A stretch of 64,000 bases of DNA, from NCBI RefSeq assembly GCF_004010195.1, contig NC_057719.1:55572000-55635999 (forward strand), given 5' to 3'. This stretch comes from Chiloscyllium plagiosum (lineage: Eukaryota). A model generated the notes under the pieces. It was not told where the DNA came from. It did not search any database and saw only the letters and a program-made list of their open reading frames with translations. The translations under genes and the position numbers were made by a program. Shown one piece after another: positions 47,601-60,164 of the stretch (positions within the stretch are counted from its first letter, which is position 1; the number at the start of each line of letters is the position of its first letter).

Positions 47601-49829
47601 ACTTATACGCAGCACAATCTAGTAAATTAATTCAGTTCCCTCCTCTCCCTTTCACATCAAACATTATGATTACATTTGAGGTAACATTCACTTTTGACAA
47701 GTACAGAAGACTGGCTATTTTTGGGTTGACAACGTATCAGACATGATGGGGGATTCTTTTCTCATGAGGTCCTCCCTTGATAAATCAATATTTCTCCATG
47801 TTGAACATCAACGGCATGCAATGTAATCTAGTTGGGGACTTTACTGTCCATTTCGTGCCTGGATTATACTATTGCTGGCCAGTGCTGAGAGGTAGCGTCA
47901 GACTGGTCTTGTGAAAGTTGTATATAGAACAACACACAAGAATTGTCAATTTGATTTAATCTTCTCAAATCTACATGTTACAGATGAATCTGTTCATTGT
48001 GGTAGAACTGACTACTGCACAGTTGTCATGGAGACAAAGACCTGTCTTCAATTGAGGTCAAATCAATATGTAATTTCATGACCTAGTATATTCCTCTTTC
48101 CTGCTTCACCCACAAGTGAGATGAATGAGCCTTGTTCATTCAAAAGTTTGGACGTATGTGCTAGACCAACTCTAGGCAGCCTTGAAAGCTAAATGAAAGA
48201 TATTGATGAAGCAACTGCATAGAATTACATGCCTCATAAACTGTGAAAGCCACATGGTATAAAGAAACTAAACAATCCCAAATCAAGCAATCTTAAGCAT
48301 TGATGTTTAGATTAAATGCATACGAAATGTTTTGGCAATGGTCAGACATGTTTTAATAACCTGTGACTTTGATTTACTGAAATCCATGGGTGACATTGCT
48401 TAATGGGCAGATTCCTGGGCTTCAGTGCTTAAAAGAGAAAGGGAATGTGTAAAAGAAAGGAAGACAACAATTTCAGAAACACAATTTAGAGTATCCATTA
48501 GAACTGACCCCATTTATTCAAGGTTAAAATTGATAGCTCCAGGAGCAGTGATTTTTAGCTCACGTGGACTCATTCAATTGCAGATTTTAAGTATATATGC
48601 CTCGGTGGCTGCACAAACAACATAGCTGGCTTGAATGTATCCAAAGACCTGCTGAAATTGCAGGGGTATAATGAAGGATAATGAATGCTACATAATATCT
48701 AAAAAAGAACAAAGTGGAAACATCAAAAGGTACAAATGAGGAAGTATTTTGTGTTCAACATCCATATACGCAGTCCCTAGGTTGCTAAAGCATTCCCATT
48801 CCACAGTCCATTTACAAGTCGATTTGTTTGGAAATAAAGCGTAATGTAGGAAATGGAAAGCAGATGTTGTAGTTACAGAATGTTCACATGTCAGGTAATT
48901 AAAATTAAAATCATGTACAGGTTCACATTCGTAAATACAAGCTTTTTTAAGTCAGATGCTTATAAATCAGGAACCCCCTGTGCAGCTGTGTGTTCTCTGC
49001 AGCTATTAGACAGTTACCTGTGAAAGTAAATTTCATGATCTAAATCTAAGCGCAACACACAGTGTTCTGAAGATTCATCCGATCATAATGGGCAGAATTA
49101 TGCTGTATGGTGAGGGTGCAGGTGAGAAAGGAGGGAAAATACAATGTAAATCAAAAAAAATCAGATGGTCAGTGACAAAAATGTTTTCTTGATTTCCCCC
49201 CAAGTGGCTTCAGAATCTCACCCCTAGTGGCAGCTGTCTTATTTTGATGAGGTCACCATCCTCTTCAACCCTTCACCCACAAAGTTCCACATTGGAGAAC
49301 CACCTGACATCATGAGGCCTGCCCTCAGGCCAATTCAGACATCACTTAAGCCCTTTGAACACTTTAGTTTGGAGGTCAGAGCCCCTTTGTCTTTCATGTT
49401 TCAGCCACAGAGGAACTGAAATGCATCATATACATTTGCACAGGATGCTTCTACACTGCCCTTGACAACATGCATCTTATGGTTCTTTGTTTGTTTTCTT
49501 AGCGCTCACTCACTTTGCATTTACTTGGAGGCTGTGAGCCTCTGTGTACTTCATATTGATTTCTCAATGAACACTGACTTCAGCACTGACTCTAAGTCTG
49601 CCAACATCTGTGGGGTCTGCATCACTTTATTAGTGTGGAGGAAGAAGCTGGCAGTTTGTGATGGTAAGTAGCACTGAACAGTCAATCTATCAGCCAGATA
49701 AAGGGTGGACATATCACTGTGCAGTACTGTGGAACGTCAACACCAGACCTGTTCCACATGCCAGCAGTTTGTTCAGCAAACACACTGCATGTGCTTTAAT
49801 TGAATGGTGATAAGTGAAAGATGAGAGCA

Positions 49830-50540
49830 GTTGGGCAGTATTGTAGAACAGGGAGACCTAGGGGTGCAAGTACATAATTCTTTGAAGTTTGCATTATATG
49901 TATACTGGGTAGTTAAGAAGGCATTTAACACACTTGCCCTCGTTGCTCAGACTTTTGAATATAGGAGTTGGGATGTTATGTTGAGGTTATACAGGACATT
50001 AGTGAGGCCTCCTTTGCAGTAGTGTGTCTAGCTCTGGTCATCCTGTTATCGGAAGATTATTATCAAGCCGGAGAGGGTTCAGAAAAAACTTACCAGTGTG
50101 TTGCTGGGAATGGAGAGTTTGACTTATACAGAGAGGCTAGATAAGCTGGGATGTTTTTCATCGGAGCACAGAAAGTTGAGGGGTTATCTTGTAGAGGTTT
50201 TGAAAATCATGAGGGGTACAGATAAAGTGAATGGCAGTTGTCTTTTTCCTATGGTTGTGGATTTCAAGATGACGGGGTATATTTGTAAGGTGAGAGAGAA
50301 AGATTTAAAACGACAAATTTTATACACAGAGCGCGAGAATGCACATCCAGAAGAGGTAGTGGATGCAGGTACAGTTACAATGTTTCAAAGACATTTGGAT
50401 AAGTTCATGAATAAGAAAGGTTTGGAAGGATATGGGCCAAGCGCAGGCAGTTGGGACTGGTTTGGTTTGGGAACATGGTCGGCATGGACTGGTTGGACTC
50501 AAGGGCCTTTTTCAATGCTGTATGACTCTATAACTCTATA
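49830..50540 (+). mobile_element. CR1 LINE 3' part
   Basis: DLGVQVHNSLK..VKKAF..LRLYRTLVRP and TYTERLDKLG, ending in a (tgactcta)n tail. Confidence 0.9.
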
Positions 50541-50599
50541 AATCAGAATTAAAAATCACACAACACCAGGTTATAGTCCAACAGGTTTAATTGGAAGCA

Positions 50600-50634
50600 C
50601 ACTAGCTTTCGGAGCGACGCTCCTTCATCAGGTG
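50600..50634 (-). ncRNA. Minimal hammerhead ribozyme motif (family B)
   Basis: Exact reverse complement of 50978-51012. Confidence 0.75.
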
Positions 50635-50977
50635 ATTGTGGAGGGCTCGATCGTAACACAGAATTTATAGCAAAAATTTGCAGTGTGATGTAACTGTCAA
50701 TTCTTCAATGTATAATTCCAATTACATCACACTGCAAATTTTTGCTATAAATTCTGTGTTACGATCAAGCCCTCCACAATCACCTGATGAAGGAGATTCC
50801 CTTCTGAGATTGGCCTCGGGGGACGATCCCTTCGTTTTACACATGAAAGAAGTGAAACTATCACTGTATTCTAACCGATGAAAGGCTTAACAATCAATTT
50901 TTCAATGTATCATTTCAGTTATATCACACTGCAAATTTTTGCTATAAATTCTATGTTACGATCGAGCCGTCCACAAT

Positions 50978-51012
50978 CACCTGATGAAGGAGCGTCGCTC
51001 CGAAAGCTAGTG
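50978..51012 (+). ncRNA. Minimal hammerhead ribozyme motif (family B)
   Basis: cac-CTGATGA-a-ggagc-gtc-gctcc-GAAA-gc-TA-gtg: stem I cac/gtg, perfect 5-bp stem II and a loopless palindromic AGCT stem III. Confidence 0.75.
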
Positions 51013-52505
51013 TGCTTCCAATTAAACCTGTTGGACTATAACCTGGTGTTGTGTGATTTTTAACTTTGTACACTCCAGTCCAACACCGGCATCTCCAAAT
51101 CATGTCTATAAATCAGTTTAGATATATTGAGTGAACAATTCACTCTTGCTCATTTTGCACTTGCACTGAAAGTGAAAATTGCTCCAAAATCATACTGGAT
51201 TTGTCTTTCCAGTTTCCATTGACATTTGTAATGATCTAATCCACGCACTACAAGTGGAGCGAAGCATTGATTTTGCACCTACACCATTAATTCTTTTGTT
51301 ATTTTAGTTTATTGCAGTTAATTGCTGAATATTATGAAAATATTCAAACTTCTTTGAATTTAAATTTGATGGTTATTAATCACAGCTGTTGAAAATTATA
51401 ATTTTGTCTTACTGAAGTTCACTGTCTGTTTACCAAATAAATGCAACATAATTATCTTCTCCAAAATCGCAAGATAAACAGCATCTGTTTGGTTTAACAA
51501 AATGTCAAATCCTGAAATTAAAATGACTGAATTAGTATGAGGTAAAACAATCAAGGTAGTTTCCTTTCTTGTTAACAGCTAAATATTTACAGGAATGGAT
51601 CATATGCCCATTTTACACACTGCTCTATTTTGAGGTTCCTGTCATTATTATGGATGAAAGATGGATGATCTTTGCTTTCCATAGTGCATATTTTTTAAGA
51701 AATAAAATATACGTGTTTTAACGCTATCCTCCCCAAATGTGCGACATGTTCCGTTAAATGACGCCAGCATGTTAATTGCCATCTATCATCGTGAATATTT
51801 CCTGTTATTATCTGATTTTAGCAAGTTTGCACTGATAGCAGTGTATATCAAGGAAACTGTTTCTCAAGGTTGATTCCTTCTTCGGAGTATTAATGATTCA
51901 TGCCTTGTTGTAACATCAATAATATAGTTGTTGAACTTCAGTGCTCAGTAATTAGTTGACATTAGGTTTTGCTTTTAAATTGTAGCCTGAAACATGTAAA
52001 ATTCTCCCATCTTCAGTCATGAACACTTGCATTATTCTGTCAAATCTTTCCACTGTATTTTGGCCCAGTAGGTCTTTCATCTCCCACGTTTATGATTACA
52101 AAATTTCCCTAAAGGATAATTCTCTCTCTGTTTGACATAAAATAGGAATATAGGCCCAAATATTCCAATGGCTGTTAAAACAGATTGTAAGCCTAACATT
52201 ACCTATTTAATTACTGATGATTTTATTCTGGCAAAGTTCTGATCAGACCTGTCCGGAATGTATCCATGACTGAAACCAGGGAGAAATTCATTCAGTGAAG
52301 GAGTAGCTTTGCAGATCAAGACTTGTTCATTTTAGTGCAGCATTTGCTGATATATTTAAGAAATCAGAGATTCCAAAGGCATTTTGATAGTGGATGAGGA
52401 GAGGTAAGTGAGGAGATAGGCTGGAAGGAGTAGGTAATGGGATTGTCTGCCAGATGGGTAGGGTGTCAGGTAAGTAGACCTGCTTAGGGTAGATCAACAG
52501 GAAGC

Positions 52506-52593
52506 TGAAAATGTGTTGCTGGAAAAGCGCAGCAGGTCAGGCAGCATCCAGGGAACAGGAGAATCGACGTTTCGGGCATAAGCCCACTCCCCC
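52506..52593 (-). mobile_element. 88-bp Penelope terminal-repeat insert
   Basis: 16-bp TSD tagatcaacaggaagc (52490-52505, 52594-52609). Retains the 3' half of the hammerhead. Confidence 0.85.
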
Positions 52594-53182
52594 TAGATCA
52601 ACAGGAAGCCACTTTCAGGGGAAGATGCAGTGTTCGAGGGCTGTTGGTTCCAGCAGAGTCTGGTCAAATGTTGGCTCAGAGCAGAACTAAGATGTGGCTG
52701 TGGTCCATGGGAAGTGTCATAGGTTGGAGGGGTGTAGTTGAGGAAAGATTAGTGGCTGAGTTGGATGTTGATCTTAATTATTATCTAGGAGTTAGAGCAG
52801 GTTTTGAATCTTCTAACTTTTTCAGGATAACTTCTGACTTAAATGAGTAGGAATCTTTGAAATTCTCTGACTTTAGGGGTTTTTGGGAGGGTTCCAACCA
52901 CAGAAGAATGTCCCATCATTCTCAGAGACAATTCACTCACACTGAGCTGCATCAGGAATTCTACACAATCCTGACAGACAACTTAAATGACTGTTTAGCC
53001 ACTGAAATATCTAATGATAAATCAGTGACTCCAAAAACCTACAGTTGTGGAAACAAAGGTTTCCAACACCAACACGAGAACTCAAGAGCCCCAGTCACCC
53101 CAACCAGGTTTTTTGGAAATTGAGTGATAGAATACAGAGGAAGAGATTAGATAAGAGTTCTAAACAGTAGTGTCTGTAATTT

Positions 53183-53513
53183 ATTTTATTCATTCACAGG
53201 ATGAGGGTGCATCCCTAATTGCCAAGAGGGCAATTGAGAGTCAACCACATTTCTGTAGCTCTGGAATCACAGATAGGCTAGACCAGATAAGGATGCAGAT
53301 TTCCTTCTCTAAAGGGAATTAGTGAATGAGATGGGTTTTTCCCTGACAATTGTCAATAGCTTTATAGTAGTCATTAAATTCTTAATTCCAGCTATTTAAT
53401 CGAACTCAAATTTCAACATCTGCCATGGAGGGATTCAAACCCAGGTCCCTGGAACTTTACCTGGGTCTCTGGATTAACAGTCCAGCAATAATACCACTAG
53501 GCCATCAACTCCC
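53183..53513 (-). mobile_element. tRNA-derived SINE, same family as 16727-17070
   Basis: catccctaattgcc..gggcaatt..gagtcaaccacat..gggattcaaacccaggtccc..ccactaggcca. Confidence 0.7.
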
Positions 53514-53811
53514 ATTGTATATGCAATGTAATAAAGCCAACCTTTGGAGAAAACAATTGACTTCTTTAATCTCCAAATGCATAGAAAATAATAGGATTGG
53601 CTGTTATTAAAAGAGGCAGTTAATAGCTGGAATTTCTGAGTCAGAATCTTTTCAGTTTGTAAAACTATACTTGTCTCTTCCAATAAACTGTGTATTTTTT
53701 TTCTCTGGTGTCTTTATTGTATGTCATATGACTGCATGTGTTGTCAGCAAATATTGAGATTCTACATCTTGACACAAAAAGATCAAAATAATATACAAAC
53801 ACCAAGAACAA

Positions 53812-54245
53812 AACAGAATAGAACATAGAACCATACAGCACAGTACAGGTTCTTCGGCCCACGATGTTGTTGCAAGCATTTATCTTAATTTAAGATCAAC
53901 CTAATCTGCAAACACCTCGATTTACTGCCGACCATGTGCTTGTCCAGCAGTCGCTTAAATGTCCCTAAGATCTCTGACTCTACTACACTCTCTGTGTAAA
54001 GAACCTACCTCTGACATCTCCCCTATACCTTCCCCCAATCACCTTAAAATTATGACCCCTCGTGACAGCCATTTCTGTCCTGGGGAAAGGCCTCTGGCTA
54101 TTTACTCTATCTATGCCTCTCATTGCCTTGTACACCTCTAACAAGTCACCGCTTTTCCTTCTTCTCTCCAATGTGAAAAGCCTGAGATCACTCAATCTCT
54201 TTTTGTAAGTATAGCCCTCCAATGCAGGCAGCATCCTGGTAAAAT
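53812..54245 (-). mobile_element. CR1 LINE 3' fragment
   Basis: MLPALEGYTYKKRLSDLRLFTLERRR..RGHNFKV..FFTQRV. Confidence 0.9.
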
Positions 54246-54599
54246 GTTATACAGTGTCCAATCCTTCTCCAACGAAAACAATACCCAATTAGCAGAATTC
54301 TGCTTACAGCCCATTATACATTTTTTTTATCCATTTAGCTACCTCTTCTCTTTATTCACATTCATTTTTCAAACATTATAATTATTGAATACCCATGTGT
54401 ACAACATCTACCGAATAACCTCAAAACTTGCCAATAAGAATGCGGAGGGTTTATTGCTGACCATCACTATCCATGTAAATAACTTGTATAGTAATGAGAA
54501 AAATTGACTGCACAATATCCCCATCATTCTTTCATTGAAGTTGTGGGAGACAATCAGGGAACTTGCATGGAAATGGTAAGCCCATCACTTTGCACTGTT

Positions 54600-54835
54600 G
54601 AGTAGGTGGTGCAACAGGTTTGGGTGGAAGAGTTATATGGAAATTTGTGTGCTCCCTCCGATGCCTCAGTTCCATTTCTGCATATTCCTGACAAGGTCGA
54701 TGTGATCAGTGCCTTCCTGAATGAGACTTCTCCATTTTGGTTGTCACAAACCAGCTTCTCCCCGAGTCGGCAGAGATCTTTGATCTTGTCAGTGATGCTT
54801 TGAGGACATCCCTAAAGTGTTTCTGCTATCGCCTT
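54600..54835 (-). mobile_element. RTE-clade LINE 3' fragment
   Basis: The minus strand reads QKHFRDVLKASL, matching the RTE C-terminal motif QRKRFKDxLKASL. Confidence 0.55.
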
Positions 54836-55074
54836 CAGCTACAACTGAATCTGGAAAACTAAGGCCCTTTTCTAAGCCAGTCACACAGCAAAACACCTCT
54901 CTTCATTAATTAAGAATAATGTCAGCGCGTTAGAAAATGTTGTTCTTTCTCCATAATGTAGGAGCCTCCTCTTGATGAAGGCAGCCATAAATTATTAAAT
55001 TTATCAATGTTACCACATAATTTTGCCTTAGATACTGCATGAAGATTGCTCCTCCCAGTGAAATAATTTATAGA

Positions 55075-55218
55075 CTGAGGTAAGCACATGAATAGGAAAG
55101 TTTTTGAGAGATATGCATCAGGAGCAGGCAGGTCGGACTAATTTAGCTTGACATTATGTTTGGCATAGACTGGTTGGACCAAAGGATCTGTTTCTGTGCT
55201 GTCTGACTGTATGACTGT
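55075..55218 (+). mobile_element. CR1 LINE 3' UTR fragment
   Basis: taagcacatgaataggaaag..ggttggaccaaaggatctgtttctgtgctg..tgactgtatgact. Confidence 0.75.
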
Positions 55219-55739
55219 ACGTGCAGGACGTCTGACTATCAGTTTGGCTACTGTGTGATGTTGGTTCTACCAATACACTTTTGCTGGTTCATTTTGCAGT
55301 CCCCAACAGTAAGTAATTTATGTTCATATTTCCCTTGGTTCACAAGGTGTTTATTGGTTGCAAGGGAATATGAGGTACAAGTAAGCAATCATCAGGAAGC
55401 CTTATTTCTCCTGAAGCTATAATAGGTCAAGACATCTGGAACTAATGTTGATGTTTGGCAGAGCTTTCCCATCTGACTATATACCATGATGTACCCAACT
55501 TTAATGAGTCTACCCTGTTAGTTGAACGAAATATGATGGGATGATGATTGAGTGGTCACGGTTGATCAATGTGTCCTTGAGTGATAGTATGTGAGTGAAA
55601 AGTTTAAATAATCCACAGGGCAGTTTTTCCGACTTGGGGCTCCATCGCAAAGATAGTAATGAAGAGAAACTTGCAGGATAAGTTGGCCCAAATGTTTTCT
55701 GAATATAATACTTGGGTCACTACAAATAGGTCTTCTTAT

Positions 55740-56905
55740 AGAGTCATAGAGATGTACAATATGGAAACAGACCCTTCGGTCCAACCTGTCCATGCCGACC
55801 AGATATCCAAACCTAATCTCTTCCCATTTGTCAGTACTTAGCCCATATCCCTCTAAACCCTTTATCGGAGAAATTCAGCCCAATAAATCAGAGACCACAA
55901 AGAGGATGGCAGTGAAATTGACAAGTGGTTTATTAAACAAAGCAATATCGAGGAAGACAAATTGACCAGGCTGACAGAACTGATTCTCTGCACAGATAGC
56001 CAGAATGCTATTCCCTGAATGGAAGGTGCAGGCAGGCTTTATAGGGGTACAACACAAAGGTGACAATTGTAAAGCAGTTACAGTAAAATGGTGAAAATTG
56101 TAAAGCGATTAAAACAAAAATAAACTGAATGGAAATTAATCAAGAGTCCAGCAGCAGCAATTCATTTGTAATTGACACAGGAGATTCCAGCCCTCTCTGT
56201 GAGTGGGTGAGAATGTCTTCTAGAGGATTCTTCATTGTATTTACCGTCCGCACGAATATGTGTAAATGTTCCTTCTCCTGGCATCCAGGCCCGTCCATTG
56301 TGTTCCTCCTGCGAGCGAAGTCTTCCAGGGTCTCTCGGTCTGCCTCTTTGTTAAGATGGTATCGGCTTCAATGGGAAACGAGCCTGCCCTTAGGGTATTG
56401 GGGCCGTAGTGCTAATAGGGCTGGCAGAATTACTGTGAAGGCTGTTTGGGAAGTGTATTCTCTGGTCTGGGAGTAGCTTTCACAGATCTACTTCTGTGTT
56501 TTTTAGGTGGTCATGCTATGGATGGGCAGGGTAGCAGATCTTTCTCCCACACCAATTCATGTACCCATCTGTGAGAAGTGATTTTGGTTTGAACTTTAAG
56601 ATGTGCCTGAACCACAGAAAAGACAAAGCTGGCAGCTCATTCCATACATGCACCACCCTCTGTGTGAAAAAGTTGCCCCTTAGGTCCCTTTTAAATGTTT
56701 CCCCTCTCACTCTAAATGTCTGCCCTCTAGTTCTGGACTCCCCCACCCCAGGAAAAAGACCTTGTCCTTTTACGCTATTCATGTGTCTCATGATTTTATA
56801 AACCTCTATAAAGTCACCCGTCAGCCTACAAAGCTCCAGGGAAACTAGTCCCAGCCAATTTCGCTTCTCCCTGTAGTTCAAATCCTCCAACATCCTTGTA
56901 AATTA
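55740..56905 (-). mobile_element. CR1 LINE 3' part split by an LTR-like insert
   Basis: Tail and 3' UTR at 55740-55861. ORF part GDFIEVYKIM..RGQTFRV..FFTQRVVHVWNELP at 56628-56893. Confidence 0.85.
55863..56625 (-). mobile_element. Solo LTR-like insertion
   Basis: Non-LINE sequence inside a CR1 copy. On the minus strand it begins TG at 56625, with TATAAA near 56040 and AATAAA near 55931. Confidence 0.5.
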
Positions 56906-57052
56906 TTTGTTTTCTGTAATGGTTGTCTTAAAACTGAGTGACTTGAATCATGATAATGGATCAGAATTCTGAAAGCCTATACAAATTTTTAACTTGTAAT
57001 TCCAAAAACGTTTTTTAAGGAAAAGGAACCACTCGAGTCATACAGTCATACA

Positions 57053-58101
57053 ATAGACAATAGACAATAGACAATAGACAATAGTGGCAGGAGTAGGCCA
57101 TTCAGCCCTTTGAGCCTGCACCGCCATTCAATATAATCATGGCTGATCATTCCTAATCAGTATCCTGTTCCTGCCTTATCTCCATAACCCTTGATTCCAC
57201 TATCTTTGAGAGCTCTATCCAACTCTTTCTTAAATGAATCCAGAGACTGGGCCTCCACTGCCCTCTGGGGCAGAGCATTCCACACAGCCACCACTCTCTG
57301 GGTGAAGAAGCTTCTCCTCATCTCTGTCCTAAATGGCCTACCCCGTACTTTTAAGCTGTGTCCTCTGTTTCGGCACTCACCCCGCAGCGGAAACATGTTG
57401 CCTGCCGCCAGAGTGTCCAATCCTTTGATCATCTTATATGTCTCAACCAGATCCCCTCTCAGTCTTCTAAACTCAAGGGTACACAAGCCCAGTCGCTCCA
57501 GTCTTTCAGTGTAAGGTAATCCCGCCATTCCAGGAATTGACCTCGTGAACCTACGCTGCATTCCCCCAATAGCCAGAAGAACTTTGGAAAATAATCACCA
57601 ACGCATCCACGATTTCCGGAGCCACCTCCTTCAGTACCCTGGGATGCAGGCCATCAGGCCCTGGAGACTTATCAACCTTCAGACCTAACAGTTTCTCCAA
57701 CACCAAATCCTGGCAAATATAAATTCCCTTAAGTTCAGGTCCTTCAGCCACTGTCACCTCAGGGAGATTGCTTGTGTCTTCCCCAGTGAACACAGATCTG
57801 AAGTACCCATTTAATTCCTCTGCCTTTTCTTTGTTCCCCGTAATATATTCCCCTGTTTCTGTCTTCAAGGGCCCAATTTTAGTCCTAACCATTTTTTTGC
57901 CTTGCACATACCTAAAAAAGCTTTTACTATCCTCCTTTATATTATTGGCCAATTTACCTTCGTAACTCATTTTTCCTCTGCGTATTTCCTTCTTAGTAAT
58001 CCTCTGTTGCTCTTTAAAAGCTTCCCAGTCCTCAGTTTTCCCACTTATCTTTGCTATGTTATACTTTTTCTCTTTTAACTTTATATGTTTCTTATATGTT
58101 C
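57053..58101 (-). mobile_element. Young CR1 LINE with internal deletion of the RT domain
   Basis: Stop-free ORF pieces ..KSPGPDGLHPRVLKEVAPEIVDALVIIFQSS joined directly to MQRRFTRSIPGMAG..FFTQRVVAVWNALP. (caataga)n tail. Confidence 0.9.
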
Positions 58102-58715
58102 CATACAGCATGGAAACAGAACCTTAGGCCCAGCCAGTTCACGCCGACTATGTTCCTAAACTAAACTAGTCCCTGCCTGCAAGTGGCCCATATCCCTTTC
58201 CTACTCAAACATATCCAAATATCTTTTTAACATTGGAAGTGTACCTACATCCATCACTTCTGCCGGCAGTTCATTCCACACACTAACCACTCTCTGTGCA
58301 AAAACGTTTCCCCTCATGTCCTTTTTCAAATTTTTCTCCTCTTACTTTAAAAAGATGTCCCATAGTTTTAAACTCCCCAACCCCAGGCAAATGACCTTTT
58401 GCTATTCACCTTATTTATGCCCCTCATGATTTTGCAAACTTCTATACGGTCATCCCTAAACCTCCTACGATCCAGCCGATTTTTGTAACTCAAACCCTTC
58501 ATTCCCAGCAGCATCCTGGTAAATATTTCTGAACCCTTTCCAGTTTAATAGTATCCTTCCTATAACAGGGCGACTAGAACTAGGCCTCATCAATATCTTG
58601 TATGACCCCAACATGACATCCCAACTCCGATACTCAAAGATCTGAGCAATGAAGGCAAGCGTGTTAAACGTCTTCTTTCAAAGAACTATGTACTTGAACC
58701 CCTAGGTCTCTGTGT
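58102..58715 (-). mobile_element. Older CR1 LINE 3' part
   Basis: catacagcatggaaacag tail region, ggcagttcattccacaca and ccctcatgattt. Confidence 0.8.
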
Positions 58716-58789
58716 TCACCCACTGCAAACAAAAAAACTGTGAATGTAAATTCAGCGCCGACTGGTAAAGTCCTTTGTTGAATGCATAG

Positions 58790-59680
58790 TTTGTCACATC
58801 TGTAAAATGTCAGGGAAACATGCAACAGAGAGAGAGAGAGATATGTATATCAGGAAGAGGTATTAATAAGGAAGACTATTATTCCTCTCTCAGCAGAAAG
58901 CCACCTCCAGCGGACAATTGTTTGCATTTTGTCCTTCCAAGAAGATACATAAAAGGCTTAAGACTGACTATGTGTATGCTAATGAGAGAAGCTATCGTAG
59001 AGGAAGATGTATGAATGGAATAAGATGTGCTCGTAAGGATGAGGCTGTGTATTAGATTCATGTGTAATCGCAAGGGTTTGAGCACCATGACACTGTGAAT
59101 GTCAATCAAAGAACCATCCGCCAGACACCCCTGCATTGCAGGTGAAACTAGTATCTTGTTCCATATGTTAGAAGCCAGATAGCTAACAAACCAGTCAATA
59201 GAAAACAGGAGAACAGAACACTTCTATTGTTCTGAGTGCTGCCAACCAACAACCACCAAAAGGATTTCAACTAACCTGCAAATGCATTTATTGGTGTGTG
59301 ACTATCTACCCTTTATGAACAATCCAGATTGTTATAGGTATAGCTTTTAGCTCTTATCTCTTTCTGGACGCAATTTTTATTCCTAATTTATGTGTTTCTA
59401 TGTTGTATTATTGTTTCTTTTCAAAGTTAGTAACTAATTAACAGAAGAAAGCCTGTTTAAATTGGCTTCCTTTAAAACAAAGATTGATTTGGTCTTGGAG
59501 AAAGACACAATAAGCAAGGGATCATTTTAAATTAACCTTGCTGCAACAAGCAGGGGCAAATGGTGAAACAGAAATGAAAGTTAGTTCATGCTTTTTCAAG
59601 TGGGATAAATGATTTGGGGTATCTATCTGGAATCCAAGTAATTTGGGTAATTTCACTTGGATCTGTTCTCAACACATGTC
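58790..59680 (+). mobile_element. Possible decayed LTR-like repeat
   Basis: Begins tgtcac, contains a (ga)n tract and ends ..aca. The call rests on composition and general resemblance only. Confidence 0.3.
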
Positions 59681-60164
59681 ATACCATATTAATGAGCTTG
59701 AAGGAGGTTTGAGACAGTTACATTAAATTCAATAGGCTGTGCAACAGAGAAATAACTATTCATCCTTGCAGAGGTATGCAGACTTTCGGGCTCCTTATGT
59801 GTGTCCTTCCAACTATCATGGAACTTTTACACTATAACCATCAATTCTGTGCTCCTTCATGATCTCTGAAATATTATAAGCACCAGGAGACTATGTCAAG
59901 TTTTCGCACCCAAAGTAGAACTAAGAAAGAAAAGCACCCCAACTCAGATGGATATGGGATAATGGAGGAGATAAATCTTCCACTCTCGAGCAAAGAAATG
60001 CGCTTGGTGGCAATACAGCCTGAGTCCAATAAGATGGTATTTGAAGGGATAAGGATCACAAATAGGTTTTAGGCATAATTATTTGACAGAACTGGTTTGC
60101 CCCTTCAGGAAACTAATGTTAGAGTTGCACTACCCAAGCAAATAATGTAAGAAGATGCAGATAA

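Larger units (their letters stand above)
50547..51104. mobile_element. Young non-coding Penelope-derived insert with inverted and tandem terminal repeats
   Basis: One inverted arm (50547-50695), one partial arm (~50700-50795) and one full arm (~50900-51104). 12-bp TSD tctataaatcag (50535-50546, 51105-51116). Confidence 0.85.

Noticed and set aside
59878..60072. Stop-free ~64-codon plus-strand frame (HQETMSSFRTQ..RITNRF)
   Set aside because: No recognisable homology or convincing splice signals, and the length is within chance expectation.
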